DNA from: an uncultured delta proteobacterium
GTDB lineage: Bacteria; Desulfobacterota; Binatia; HRBIN30; BPIQ01
Assembly (NCBI GenBank): GCA_963761335.1
Contig: CAVXGR010000012.1
Span: 128,001 to 192,000 of the forward strand
Direction: 5' to 3'
Length of the DNA: 64,000 bases
Shown here one piece after another: positions 45,638 through 55,604 of this stretch. The position numbers and the translations under genes were made by a program. Within the stretch, counting starts at the first letter, position 1. Each line of letters starts with the position of its first letter. Below the pieces are notes generated by a model. It was not told the DNA's origin. It saw only the letters and a program-made list of their open reading frames with translations, and ran no database searches.

Positions 45638-46981
45638 ATGTCCGAACCCCTGAACGTTCTCCTCGTCGTCATCGACTCGGCGCGCGCCGATCACCTCTCC
45701 TGCTATGGCTGCACGCGCAAGACGACGCCGTTCCTCGACCAGGTGGCGCAGGAGGGAGTGCGCTTCGCGCACATGATCACGGCCGCCCCGTGGACGCTTC
45801 CGGCGCACGCCTCGCTGTTCACCGGGCTCTTTCCGAGCACCCACGGCGCCACCTCGGAGAGCGCCGGCCTCTCGCCGCGCCCCCCGACTCTGGCGCAGAT
45901 ACTGGGGCAGGCCGGCTACCGCAGCGCCGGCTTCTGCACCAGCCCCTGGGTCGGCCGCTCCTCCGGTCTCGACCGGGGCTTCGATCACTTCGACACGCAG
46001 ACGCCGGCGCGTTGGCGGGCAAGGCTCTATGCGCGCCGCGCCAGCGATCGCCTGCTGCGCCGCCGCGACGGCGGCGGGCGGCGCACCAATCGGGCGCTGA
46101 TGCGCTGGATCGCCTCCAGCTCCGAGCCGTTCTTCGCCTTCGTCCACTACAACGAGGCGTCGCTGCCGCCGCAGGCACCGTCGCCGCTCGACCAGATGTT
46201 TGCCGGGCCGCGAGGCGGGCGCGCCGTTGCCGTCGACATGGAGCGCTTCGTCGCCGGCAACGTCGACATGACCGACGAGCAGCGGAGCGCCCTCGTCGGG
46301 CTCTACGACGGGGCTCTCCGCTACATCGATGGCCGCATCCGCGAGGTCGCCGACTTTCTCGATCAGCGCGGCCTCTGGGAGCGCACGCTGCTGATGGTGA
46401 CCGCCGACCACGGAGAGCACCTCGGAGAGCACCATCTTCTGGGTCACTCGCTCGGGCTCACCGACAGTCTCTTGCGGGTGCCCCTGCTGCTCCGCTGCCC
46501 CGGGCTGGTGCCGCAGGGATTCGTCGTCGAGGAGCTGGCGCAGACTGTCGACCTGTTTCCCACGGTCACGCACATGCTCGGCCTCGGCGAGCACACGGCG
46601 GAAGTGCAGGGGCGGCCACTGATCCGCGAGCAGCGCGCCACCAGCGGCCCCGCGTTCACCATCTCGGAGCGTTTCCGTCCCGATCTCACCCCGCTCGTCT
46701 CCCGTTTCCCGCGCTTCGACCCGCGGCCCTACGAGGTGCGCTCGAAGGCGATTCGCACGCGGCGCGACAAGTACGTGTGGCATTCGCACGAGGACGATGA
46801 GTACTACGATCTGCGCGACGATCCCGGCGAGACGCGCAATCGTGTTCGCGAGTGCCCGCAGCGCGCCGACGAGCTCCGCGGTACCCTCTTCGACTGGTTG
46901 GCGTCCATCGAGCGCGCCGACGTCGAGGCTCCCGTCGAGCTGGAAGAGGGCGAGCGCAAGCCGCTCCAACGGCGCGAGTGA
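45638..46981 (+). CDS. Sulfatase-like hydrolase/transferase (no TM anchor)
   Basis: NVLLVVIDSARAD, PWTLPAHASLFTG, ADHGEHLGEH. Confidence 0.88.
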   Translation: MSEPLNVLLVVIDSARADHLSCYGCTRKTTPFLDQVAQEGVRFAHMITAAPWTLPAHASLFTGLFPSTHGATSESAGLSPRPPTLAQILGQAGYRSAGFCTSPWVGRSSGLDRGFDHFDTQTPARWRARLYARRASDRLLRRRDGGGRRTNRALMRWIASSSEPFFAFVHYNEASLPPQAPSPLDQMFAGPRGGRAVAVDMERFVAGNVDMTDEQRSALVGLYDGALRYIDGRIREVADFLDQRGLWERTLLMVTADHGEHLGEHHLLGHSLGLTDSLLRVPLLLRCPGLVPQGFVVEELAQTVDLFPTVTHMLGLGEHTAEVQGRPLIREQRATSGPAFTISERFRPDLTPLVSRFPRFDPRPYEVRSKAIRTRRDKYVWHSHEDDEYYDLRDDPGETRNRVRECPQRADELRGTLFDWLASIERADVEAPVELEEGERKPLQRRE

Positions 46982-47039
46982 GCCGCCGGGTGCCGAAAAT
47001 AAATCTGCCATGACGTCCGCTTCGACGAGGAAAACCGCA

Positions 47040-49058
47040 ATGCCTTCCGACAGCAGCCTGGGTGCCCAGGTACGCGCGGCTCTCGGAGCCGCGCTGCTCC
47101 TGGCCCTGTTTCAGATGATTGCCGAGACGGCACTGATCGCCGCCATACTCCATCGCTTCATCGTCAGCCCCTATCTGTTCTTCCAGACGCAGATGTACGA
47201 CTTCTGCGTCAAGCTGTTCCTCCTGCTGCCGGGCGCGGCGGAGTGGATCCGCGGCGGTGCCCTCGACCGCTTTCTGGCGCCCGGGATCTATTCCAAGCTG
47301 GGGCTGCTCGGCGCCCTGGCGATTCCCAACGTGGTGATCGCCAGCTGCGTCGGCCTGGTCATCGCCGGCGCCCGCTTTGCCCTGAGGCGACCGGCCCGCT
47401 TGTGGACAGCGCTCTGGCTGGTGGCGGTGTTCGGGGTCCTGGTGCACCTGGCCAGCTTCGCCGCCGCCGTGCACATGCCCAAGTCCTGGAGCGTCGCCGT
47501 CCTGGCGCGCAACCTCGGCCGCGTCGCCATCTGGGACGGCGCCTATATCGCCTTCGCGGCCCTGGGGCTCGGCGCCGCCGCGGCGGCGGCGCTGTCGCTG
47601 TCGCAGTCGAGCGTGCGCTGGGCGGTGTCCCTGAGCGGCGTTTCCCTGGCCGCCGCAGCGCTGCTGCTGACGACCTCGGCGAGCACGGCCTCCAACGGCA
47701 ACGGCAACCTCCGCTACGCCGGCGGGCGCGTCGCCGGCCGCCTGGCGCCGGTGGACAACGTCATCCTCATCTCCATCGACAGCCTGCGCGCCGACCGCGT
47801 CGGCTGCTACGGCAACACCCACGACACCACGCCCACACTCGACCGGCTGGCGCGCCAGGGCGTTCGCTTCGCCGACGCCACCAGCACCACCTCGTGGACG
47901 CTGCCCTCGCACGCCTCCATGCTGACCGGTCGCTACCTGATGTCGCACGGCATCTACGCCGATGCCGACCGACTGCCGCCGAGCGTACCGACCCTGGCCG
48001 AGGGCATGAAAGCCGCCGGCCTGACCACCGGCGGCATCGTCTCCATGCTCTTCCTCGGCTCGCAGTACGGCTTCGCGCGCGGCTTCGACTCCTACGACGA
48101 CCGCACCATTCCGGCGAAGAACGAGTACGACGCCGTCCACGACGAGCCGGCCCCGAAGGTGGTGGCGCTGGCGAACAAGTGGCTGCAGCAGCACGGCGAC
48201 CACCGCTTCTTTCTCTTCCTCCATTTCTGGGACGTGCACTACGACTACGTTCCCCCGCCTCCATACGACACCATGTTCGACCCGGACTACAGCGGATCGA
48301 TCACCGGGGTGAACTTCCTGCAGAACGACAAGGTGCGCCGCGGCATGCCCAAGCGCGACCTCGAGCACCTGCTGGCGCTCTACGACGGCGAGATCCGCTG
48401 GGTGGACGATCACATCGCCCAGATCGTCGCGCAGGTCGATGCCCTCGGGCTGAGCGACCGCACCGCCATCATCGTCACCGCCGATCACGGCGACGAGTTC
48501 TTCGAGCACGGCAACAAGGGACACCGGCGCACGCTCTACCGCGAGGTGGTGCACGTGCCGCTGATCATGAAGATCCCGGGGGTCGCTCCGGGCAGCGTCA
48601 TCGACAAGCCGGTCAGCCTCGCCGACCTGATGCCCACCATCCTCGAGATGGCGGGAGCGGAGACGCCGCCGGGCGTCGACGGCGTCAGTCTGGTTCCGGC
48701 GATTCTCGGCGCCCACCTGGCCGATCACGCCCGCGTCTACTCGGAGCTCTGCCGCAAGCACGACGCCGAATGCCGCACTCTGCAATACTCCCCGGACGGC
48801 GCGCTCGTGCACCACTTCGAGCCCTCGCGAATCGAGTTCTACGGCCCCGGGGACCCCGCCGAGAAGCACAACCTGGCGCGCGGCTCCGAGTGGCCGCACG
48901 AGAAGCAGCTGGCCTATCTCGGCGAATGGCTGAACGAGCACTGGCTGGTGTTCCGCGGCCTCGAGAACGAGCGCGGCTCGATCGAGATGGACAAGGCCAC
49001 TCAGGATCGCCTGCGCGCCCTCGGCTACGGCGACGACGACGGCTCGGGACACGACTGA
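47040..49058 (+). CDS. Membrane-anchored sulfatase-like hydrolase/transferase
   Basis: N-terminal TM helices; NVILISIDSLRAD, SWTLPSHASM, HFWDVHYDY, ADHGDEFFEH, RLRALGY. Confidence 0.88.
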   Translation: MPSDSSLGAQVRAALGAALLLALFQMIAETALIAAILHRFIVSPYLFFQTQMYDFCVKLFLLLPGAAEWIRGGALDRFLAPGIYSKLGLLGALAIPNVVIASCVGLVIAGARFALRRPARLWTALWLVAVFGVLVHLASFAAAVHMPKSWSVAVLARNLGRVAIWDGAYIAFAALGLGAAAAAALSLSQSSVRWAVSLSGVSLAAAALLLTTSASTASNGNGNLRYAGGRVAGRLAPVDNVILISIDSLRADRVGCYGNTHDTTPTLDRLARQGVRFADATSTTSWTLPSHASMLTGRYLMSHGIYADADRLPPSVPTLAEGMKAAGLTTGGIVSMLFLGSQYGFARGFDSYDDRTIPAKNEYDAVHDEPAPKVVALANKWLQQHGDHRFFLFLHFWDVHYDYVPPPPYDTMFDPDYSGSITGVNFLQNDKVRRGMPKRDLEHLLALYDGEIRWVDDHIAQIVAQVDALGLSDRTAIIVTADHGDEFFEHGNKGHRRTLYREVVHVPLIMKIPGVAPGSVIDKPVSLADLMPTILEMAGAETPPGVDGVSLVPAILGAHLADHARVYSELCRKHDAECRTLQYSPDGALVHHFEPSRIEFYGPGDPAEKHNLARGSEWPHEKQLAYLGEWLNEHWLVFRGLENERGSIEMDKATQDRLRALGYGDDDGSGHD

Positions 49059-49078
49059 GGGAATCGGGCGAGCTCGGC

Positions 49079-50794
49079 GTGCGGCGCCTGCGTGTGGATC
49101 CGTGGCTGCTGGCGATTCTGATCGCCTGCGCAGCGCTCGGCGCGTACCAGATCGACTGGGGCCTGCCTGCCGGCGAGCACTCGTGGGCGGTGGACGGGCT
49201 CGAGCCGGTCACCGTGCTCGGCATCCTGCACCGATCGTTCTCTCACTGGAACTCCGGATGGTTCTATTTCAAATATCCGCTCGCCTATCCGCTCCTCCTC
49301 GGTCTGCTCTACGCCCCCTACCTCGTCTGGCTGAAAGTCGCCGGCGCGTGGGCGCACCCGGCGACGAGCTACCCGTATGGATTCGCTCACCCCGAGAAGG
49401 CGCTCTACGTGCTGGCCCTGCTCGGCCGCAGCCTGAGCCTTCTCTTCACCCTGGGAACGGTGGCTGCCGCCTACGGAATTGGCCGGCGCCTGTTCGGCCG
49501 GCGCGCGGCGCGGCTCGCCGCCTTTCTGGTCGGCACCTGCTACGCGGTCGTCTACTACGCCCACACCATGAACGTCGACGCCAGCTATCTCTTCTGGCAG
49601 ATGCTCGCCTTGTACTGCGGCGTGTGCGCCAGCCAGACGGAGCGGCCGCTACCGTGGGCGGGCATGGGCATGGCGGCGGCCATGGCGGTCTCCACCAAGG
49701 AGCAGGCCTTCGGCTTTCTGCTGCCGCTGCCGTTCATCGCTCTGTTCCTGCGCGGAAGAGAGGAGGCGGGCTGGAGCGTCCTCTGGAGCCGCGGCACGGT
49801 GGCCATGGCGGTGGCTGCAGTGGGCACGGCGCTGCTCGCCAACAACGCACTCTTCAACCCCCTCGGGCTGGTGGCGCGCCTGGCCTTTCTGCTCGGACAC
49901 CCGCTGGCCCGGGTCGATGCGCCGCTCAAGCCGGTGGAGTTCGCCTGGTTCAAGGGCGCCCTCGAGGCGACCTATCTGCGCCAGCTCTGGCAGGGTCTGC
50001 GGAGCGCCCTGAGCACACCCATCGCCTGGCTCGGCATCGCCGGTGCGGTGACCGTCTGGCGCCGCCCGCGCGCCGCCCTGTGGCTGCTGGTGCCGATCGT
50101 CTCGTACTACTACCTGTCGCTGCGCGGTCAGCAACTGATCACCATGCGCTACGCCCTGCCATTGACCCTGCTGGTGGCGGTGCTGGCGGCGGGGCTGCTG
50201 GCGCAGCTCTTGGCGATCGCCACGACGGCGACCTCCCGCGCCGCGGTGGTGGCGCTCTGCACCGCCATCTGCGCCCTCGGCCTGGCGCGGGGCGTGGAGC
50301 TGGACGTCCTCCTGCACAACGACTCGCGCTATCACGCCGAGGCCTGGATGAGAGTGCATCTGGCGGCGAGCCGGCGCGGAGAGGTGTATCAGAAGCCGAC
50401 CTATCTGCCGCGCTTCGCGCCGCCTCTGACGGTCCGGGAGATCCCCCTGGAGGAGCGCTCGGTGGCCGCCGTGAAGAGGCGGCGGCCGGACTTCATCGTC
50501 GTCAGCTCGGAGTCGCACAAGAGTATCTCGCATCGCTGGAGCGCCGACTGGCGCACGACCCACGACCTCCTCGAGCCGGTGCCGGAGGCGGTGGAGCTGG
50601 TCGAGGCGTTGCGCGACGGCCGCATCGGCTATCGGCCGATGGCGGTGTTCACGCAGCGTTCCTGGCTGCTGCAGCCGAAGATCACCGGGCTGGCGCCCAG
50701 GATCACCATCTACGGCCGCGATTCCGCCGCGTCGCGAGGCGACGGCGCCACGGCGCTCAGCCGCGCCGCTGAGCCGCAGCACGCAACGGAGTGA
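49079..50794 (+). CDS. GT-C fold glycosyltransferase (ArnT/PMT-like)
   Basis: Polytopic membrane protein; DWGLP...WAVD, KYP, YYAHTMNVD, STKEQ, RYALP. Confidence 0.8.
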   Translation: MRRLRVDPWLLAILIACAALGAYQIDWGLPAGEHSWAVDGLEPVTVLGILHRSFSHWNSGWFYFKYPLAYPLLLGLLYAPYLVWLKVAGAWAHPATSYPYGFAHPEKALYVLALLGRSLSLLFTLGTVAAAYGIGRRLFGRRAARLAAFLVGTCYAVVYYAHTMNVDASYLFWQMLALYCGVCASQTERPLPWAGMGMAAAMAVSTKEQAFGFLLPLPFIALFLRGREEAGWSVLWSRGTVAMAVAAVGTALLANNALFNPLGLVARLAFLLGHPLARVDAPLKPVEFAWFKGALEATYLRQLWQGLRSALSTPIAWLGIAGAVTVWRRPRAALWLLVPIVSYYYLSLRGQQLITMRYALPLTLLVAVLAAGLLAQLLAIATTATSRAAVVALCTAICALGLARGVELDVLLHNDSRYHAEAWMRVHLAASRRGEVYQKPTYLPRFAPPLTVREIPLEERSVAAVKRRRPDFIVVSSESHKSISHRWSADWRTTHDLLEPVPEAVELVEALRDGRIGYRPMAVFTQRSWLLQPKITGLAPRITIYGRDSAASRGDGATALSRAAEPQHATE

Positions 50795-51243
50795 GCCCAG
50801 CTCGCATCATGGATTCATTCGATCTTCTCGGCCTGCTTTCTTTCACTGCGATCTGCGCGGCCTTCTACTTCATCCGCTCGCCGCTCTCCGCCTTTGTCGG
50901 CGTGTGCGCCGCCATCGCGGTCGCCTCCGGGCTGCTCGGCGCACAGCTGTTGCGCGCCTCGGTGGCCGAGGGCTCCGTCCTGGCGCTGGGGCTGCTGCTC
51001 TACTCCTTCGGGCTGCTCATCGTCCGCGTCATGCTGCGCCGCAGCGTGAGCCTGCAGATGCTCGCCAGCTTCATCGACGATCCGGCCAACGGCAACGTCG
51101 ACGACGAAATCGCCAGCCGCTTTCGCGACGCCGAGGGTGTCGGCCTGGTACAGCGGTCCAGCGCGACCTATCACCTGACCTCCCTCGGCAACGCCCTGAC
51201 CGTCGTCCTCGGTGTGCTCTATCGGCTGACGGGAGTCGCATGA
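50791..51243 (+). CDS. Hypothetical membrane protein (3 TM + winged-helix-like tail)
   Basis: Coupled on both sides; RRSVSLQML...GLVQ...YHLTSLG. Confidence 0.7.
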   Translation: MSPARIMDSFDLLGLLSFTAICAAFYFIRSPLSAFVGVCAAIAVASGLLGAQLLRASVAEGSVLALGLLLYSFGLLIVRVMLRRSVSLQMLASFIDDPANGNVDDEIASRFRDAEGVGLVQRSSATYHLTSLGNALTVVLGVLYRLTGVA

Positions 51244-51683
51244 CGCTGATCGCAATCAGCGCCGCAGCGCTGCTCGTGGCCCTGGTGGCGAGTGAGATCG
51301 CCCTCGGCGGAGCCAAGCTGCAGACGGTGCTCTCGCGTCTGCTGCTCGTCTGGGCAGTGATCGGCGCCGCCGCCATCGCCGGCCTGGGGGTCTCCGGCGG
51401 CGGCAGCCTGGTCGCCTTCGGCGTCTTCTGGGCAGGGTGCTTTCTCACCTGGTTCGGCGTGCGCAGTCACATCGAGAGCTCGATCCTGCTGCGCATGGTC
51501 TACCTGCTGCGCGAGGGGCCGCTGACGGAGGAGGAGCTGATGCAGCGCTACAACCCCATCTATGGCGGGCGGCTGCGCGTCGACGAGCTGGTGCGCGGCG
51601 GCCTCGCCGAGCGCGTGCCGCAGGGCCTGCGGGTGACTCCGCGAGGCAAGCGGATCGCCAGCGTGGCGGCGCGATTGAAGTAG
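51240..51683 (+). CDS. Hypothetical membrane protein (3 TM + winged-helix-like tail)
   Basis: ATGA overlap; ESSILLRMV...GLAE...LRVTPRG. Confidence 0.7.
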   Translation: MTLIAISAAALLVALVASEIALGGAKLQTVLSRLLLVWAVIGAAAIAGLGVSGGGSLVAFGVFWAGCFLTWFGVRSHIESSILLRMVYLLREGPLTEEELMQRYNPIYGGRLRVDELVRGGLAERVPQGLRVTPRGKRIASVAARLK

Positions 51684-51690
51684 AGCGCCA

Positions 51691-53340
51691 ATGAAGCCAG
51701 TGAGCAGCGGGGCCGAGGCGGTGAGCGGCGTCGTCAACGACGCGGGCGCCGGCGCACCTGTGGCGGCTCGGGAATCGACCCGGCGCCGGCCCCTGGCTCT
51801 GTGGCTCGGCGCCGCCAGCATCGGCTTCAGCCTGGCGCTCCGCGTTCTCTACCTGGCGCAGCCGTGGCGCATCGACCTCTCGGAGCATCCCGTCTTCGGC
51901 GCCGACGAGGGGATCGTCGGCCTCATGGGCAGACACATCCTCCAGGGAGCGCGGCCTCTCTTCTACTACGGCCAGTACTATATGGGAGCCCTCGAGGCGT
52001 ATGTGGCCGCAGCCTCGTTTCGGCTCTTCGGAGCGTCGATGACCACCCTGCGGGTGGTGCCGACCGTCTTCTCGATTCTGTGGATTCCGCTCACCTGGGC
52101 CATTGCCCGCCGTCTCTACGGCCGGCGCGCCGCCTGGCTCGCCACGGCGCTGGTCGCCGTCCCCTCGCAGTTCGTCTTCGAGTGGGGCTTCAAGGCCCGC
52201 GGCGGCTACGCCGAGCACGTGACCCTGGTGCTGGTCATTCTCTACGCTGCCGTCCTTCTACTCGATCGCGTCACCACGGTGCGCCTCGCTGTCCTCGGCC
52301 TGGCCGCCGGCCTGTCGCTCTGGGTGAACCAGCTGGCCATTGCCTACGTGCCCTTCTATGCCTTTGCGCTCTGGCAGTGGATGCCGCTGCGACGCCGGCA
52401 GCTCGCGGTGCTGCTGATCGCCGGAGTGCTCGGCGCGGGGCCGCTGATCTACGCCAACATCGTCGTGCCGCTGGGAACGGTTCGCGCTCTGGGCGTCGAG
52501 GTGCGCAGCTCCATGCGCCTCCAGGCGCGCCACGCCGCCGACGACGACGAGGAGAAGGATTATCGCGCCATTCCCCTGTTTCAGGTCCTCGGCGCCCAGC
52601 CGCGGCGCGATGGGGCCTGGTCGGCGTTCGGCATCGCCGCGGCGCTGCTGCTCTGCCTCGGGCTGGGCGCCGGCACCATTCGCCTCCTGCGCCTGCGGGG
52701 CAGCCCCGCTCGCTTTCGCGGGCAAGTGCTCCTCCTCGGCTTCACCGCAGCCAGCGTCGCCTCCGGCGCCTCGGGCTTCTCGGGGCAGCCGGTAGGACGG
52801 TACCAGCTGCTGCTCTATCCGCTGCTCGCCGTGCTCACCGGCGGCTGGCTGGCGCCGTGGGGCACGGCGGGAACGGCGGTGGTGGCCGCCGTCGCCCTCG
52901 GGCAGACGGTACAGCTGGCGGCGCCGGTGCCCACCGATGGGCGCACGCCGCGGGACGCCGTGGTGGAGGCGCTTCTGCAGCAGAACCTGCACTTCGGCTA
53001 CGGCGCCGGCTTCATGGACGACGTCGTCTTCCAGTCCGGGGAGCGGGTGATCATCGTGCCCATCGAGCGGCCCCGCTATCCGGCCTACGAGCCGCTGGTC
53101 GCCGCCGCCGACAACGTCTTCTACATCTATCGCGACGACCAAGCGGACAAGACGGCGCACCGCATGCTGATGGAGTACCTGGCGGACAACCGCGTGCACT
53201 ACCGCGAGACCACACTTGGCGAGTACCACATCCTCTCGCAGATCGAGCCCCGCGAGGCGGTCTCCGGGGCCGCCATGGCGCAGCTGCGAGAGCGCATTCA
53301 CGATCGCAAGCACCCGCCGGCGAAGAAGGCGGCGTCGTGA
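51691..53340 (+). CDS. GT-C fold glycosyltransferase (family 39/83-like)
   Basis: ADEGIVGLMGRHI...FYYGQYYMGALE, multiple TM helices, GRYQ. Confidence 0.8.
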   Translation: MKPVSSGAEAVSGVVNDAGAGAPVAARESTRRRPLALWLGAASIGFSLALRVLYLAQPWRIDLSEHPVFGADEGIVGLMGRHILQGARPLFYYGQYYMGALEAYVAAASFRLFGASMTTLRVVPTVFSILWIPLTWAIARRLYGRRAAWLATALVAVPSQFVFEWGFKARGGYAEHVTLVLVILYAAVLLLDRVTTVRLAVLGLAAGLSLWVNQLAIAYVPFYAFALWQWMPLRRRQLAVLLIAGVLGAGPLIYANIVVPLGTVRALGVEVRSSMRLQARHAADDDEEKDYRAIPLFQVLGAQPRRDGAWSAFGIAAALLLCLGLGAGTIRLLRLRGSPARFRGQVLLLGFTAASVASGASGFSGQPVGRYQLLLYPLLAVLTGGWLAPWGTAGTAVVAAVALGQTVQLAAPVPTDGRTPRDAVVEALLQQNLHFGYGAGFMDDVVFQSGERVIIVPIERPRYPAYEPLVAAADNVFYIYRDDQADKTAHRMLMEYLADNRVHYRETTLGEYHILSQIEPREAVSGAAMAQLRERIHDRKHPPAKKAAS

Positions 53341-53344
53341 GGGC

Positions 53345-54460
53345 ATGGGACAGATGAAGATCGGCTTCGTGATCGGGCAGCTGACCGCGGGGGGCGCCGA
53401 AGGGCAGCTTCTCCAGGTCGCCCGCGCCCTCCGCGGCACCGCCTACACCCCGATCGTCTACTGCATGAGCGATCAGACACAGCCGATCGGGCGCGCCCTG
53501 CAGGCGGCCGGCATCTGCCTTCGGGTGATCGCCGGCGACCACGGCTCACGGCCGCGGCGCCTCGGGTACGCACTCCTCGCCGACGACATCCGCATCGTCC
53601 ACTCCTGGCTCTTCATCGGCAACACCTACGCGTGGCTGGCGACTCTCGGCCGCGACCTGCCGCTGATCACCTCGGCGCGCAACTGCAAGCGACAGAGCGC
53701 GCTGCATACGCTCGGCAACATCGCCGCCTTCCGCGCCAGCCAGCGCATCGTGGTGAACTCGCAGGAGGTCGCCCGCTACATCCGGCGCACGTACCTGGCG
53801 CCGGCGAATCGCCTGGCCCTGATTTACAACGGCGTCGACACCGAGCGCTTCCGGCCCGGGGAGGGCGCTGCCGGCGACCCTCTGGTGATCGGCATCGGGC
53901 GTCTGGTGCCGCAGAAGGACCCGCTGCTCTTCGTCGAGGCCGCCGCGCGTCTGGTCGCGGCGCATCCGTCGGTGCGCTTCGCCTTCGTCGGCGCCGGGCC
54001 GCTGCGCGAGCAGGTGGCGCGGGCGGTTGCGGCACGCGGTCTGCAGGCGCGCTTCGAGCTTCCCGGGGAGAGCGACGACGTCGCCGCGGCCCTGCGCCGG
54101 GCGACCCTGTTCTGGCTGACCTCGGCGTGGGAGGGACTGCCCAACGTGGTCCTCGAGGCCATGGCATCCGGAGTCCCCGCGGTCGCCACCGACGTCGGCG
54201 GCACCCGCGAGCTGGTGCGCTCGGGAGTCGACGGCTTCCTGGTACAGCACGGTGACATCGAGGCGCTGGTGGACTACTCCGCCGGGCTGCTGGGCGATGC
54301 CGAGCGCCGGCGCAGCTTTGCGCAGCGAGCCCGCGAGCGGGCCGAGGGATTCTCCACGGCGCGCATGATCGACGCCATGATCCGCCTGTACGGGGAGGTC
54401 GGGCCGCGGCACGAGGAACGAACCGCGCCGGCATCGGCCCCCCAGCTCGGAGATGCCTGA
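53345..54460 (+). CDS. Glycosyltransferase family 4
   Basis: GGAEGQL, NGVDTERF, GRLVPQKD, EGLPNVVLEAM; start 53345 or 53354. Confidence 0.92.
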   Translation: MGQMKIGFVIGQLTAGGAEGQLLQVARALRGTAYTPIVYCMSDQTQPIGRALQAAGICLRVIAGDHGSRPRRLGYALLADDIRIVHSWLFIGNTYAWLATLGRDLPLITSARNCKRQSALHTLGNIAAFRASQRIVVNSQEVARYIRRTYLAPANRLALIYNGVDTERFRPGEGAAGDPLVIGIGRLVPQKDPLLFVEAAARLVAAHPSVRFAFVGAGPLREQVARAVAARGLQARFELPGESDDVAAALRRATLFWLTSAWEGLPNVVLEAMASGVPAVATDVGGTRELVRSGVDGFLVQHGDIEALVDYSAGLLGDAERRRSFAQRARERAEGFSTARMIDAMIRLYGEVGPRHEERTAPASAPQLGDA

Positions 54461-55514
54461 AGCCGTGCCGACGCAAGCCGCCACAGCGATGCCGTTTCTC
54501 TCGGTGGTCATCCCGATGCGCAACGAGTCGCGTCACATCGCCCCCTGTCTCGAGTCCGTGCTGCAGCAGGACTACCCTGCGGAGCGCATGGAGGTCTTGG
54601 TGGTCGACGGCGACTCCGACGACGACTCTTGCCAGGTAATCGAGGAGTATGCGCACCGCGACGGCCGCATCCGCCTGCTGCACAATCCGCGGCGCATCGT
54701 GCCGACGGCGCTCAACATCGCCATCCGCGCCGCCCGCGGCGAGGTGATCGTGCGGGTCGACGGGCACACGACACTGAGCTCCGATTACCTCCGCGAAGGG
54801 GTGGCGGCCCTCGAGCGCAGCCAGGCGGACAACGTCGGCGGCCTGATGACGGCGCGCGGCGGGGGAGCGCTCGGCGACGCCGTGGCGCTGGCCACCAGCT
54901 CGCCGTTCGGGATCGGTGCCTACTTTCATTTCGGCACCGAGGAGCGCTTCGTCGACACGGTCTACATGGGAATGTGGCCGCGGTCCGTGTTCAAGCGGGT
55001 GGGCCTGTTCGACGAGGAGTTGGTGCGCAACCAGGACGACGAGTTCAACTACCGCACCCGCAAGCTCGGGGGGCGCATCCTCATCGCGCCGCGCATGCGC
55101 TCTTCGTATCAGAATCGCACCGATCTCCGCTCGCTGGCGCGACAGTTCTTCCAGTACGGCTTCTGGAAGGTGCGCGTCTGCCAGAAGCATCCGCGGCAGA
55201 TGAGCTGGCGGCACTTCGTGCCTCCGGCACTGGTCCTCGGGCTGTTGCTGACGCCGCTGCTCCTGTGGCTGGCGCCGACTCTGGGCCTTTTCGGACTTGC
55301 CGGCGCGGCCCTCTATGCCAGCGCGGTGGGGGCCGCCTCCTGGCGGACGGCTCGCGAAGCGGGCCGCCGCGACATCCGCCTGCTGCCGGTCGCCTTCGCG
55401 GTGATTCATCTGAGCTGGGGAGCCGGCTTTCTGCTCGGCCTGCTGCGCTTCGCGCCGCATTGGTTTCGCGCCGAGCCGCAGCCCCCGAAGATCGCAGAAA
55501 CGACAAGTTGTTAG
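54453..55514 (+). CDS. Glycosyltransferase family 2 (ExoA-like)
   Basis: SVVIPMRNE, VVDGDSDD, RVDGH, RNQDDEFNYR, QFFQYGFWK. Confidence 0.92.
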   Translation: MPEAVPTQAATAMPFLSVVIPMRNESRHIAPCLESVLQQDYPAERMEVLVVDGDSDDDSCQVIEEYAHRDGRIRLLHNPRRIVPTALNIAIRAARGEVIVRVDGHTTLSSDYLREGVAALERSQADNVGGLMTARGGGALGDAVALATSSPFGIGAYFHFGTEERFVDTVYMGMWPRSVFKRVGLFDEELVRNQDDEFNYRTRKLGGRILIAPRMRSSYQNRTDLRSLARQFFQYGFWKVRVCQKHPRQMSWRHFVPPALVLGLLLTPLLLWLAPTLGLFGLAGAALYASAVGAASWRTAREAGRRDIRLLPVAFAVIHLSWGAGFLLGLLRFAPHWFRAEPQPPKIAETTSC

Positions 55515-55584
55515 GCTGTTAGGTTGTTAGTCGTCCGAGTGGTTGGTTCACAGCGAACAACCAACAACTCAACAGCGCAACAAC
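55507..55584. repeat. Three 8-bp tandem units and their inverted copies (imperfect palindrome)
   Basis: GTTGTTAG GCTGTTAG GTTGTTAG ...30 nt... CCAACAAC TCAACAGC GCAACAAC. Confidence 0.75.
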
Positions 55585-55604
55585 CTGCCTTTCAGGGAGG
55601 TACC

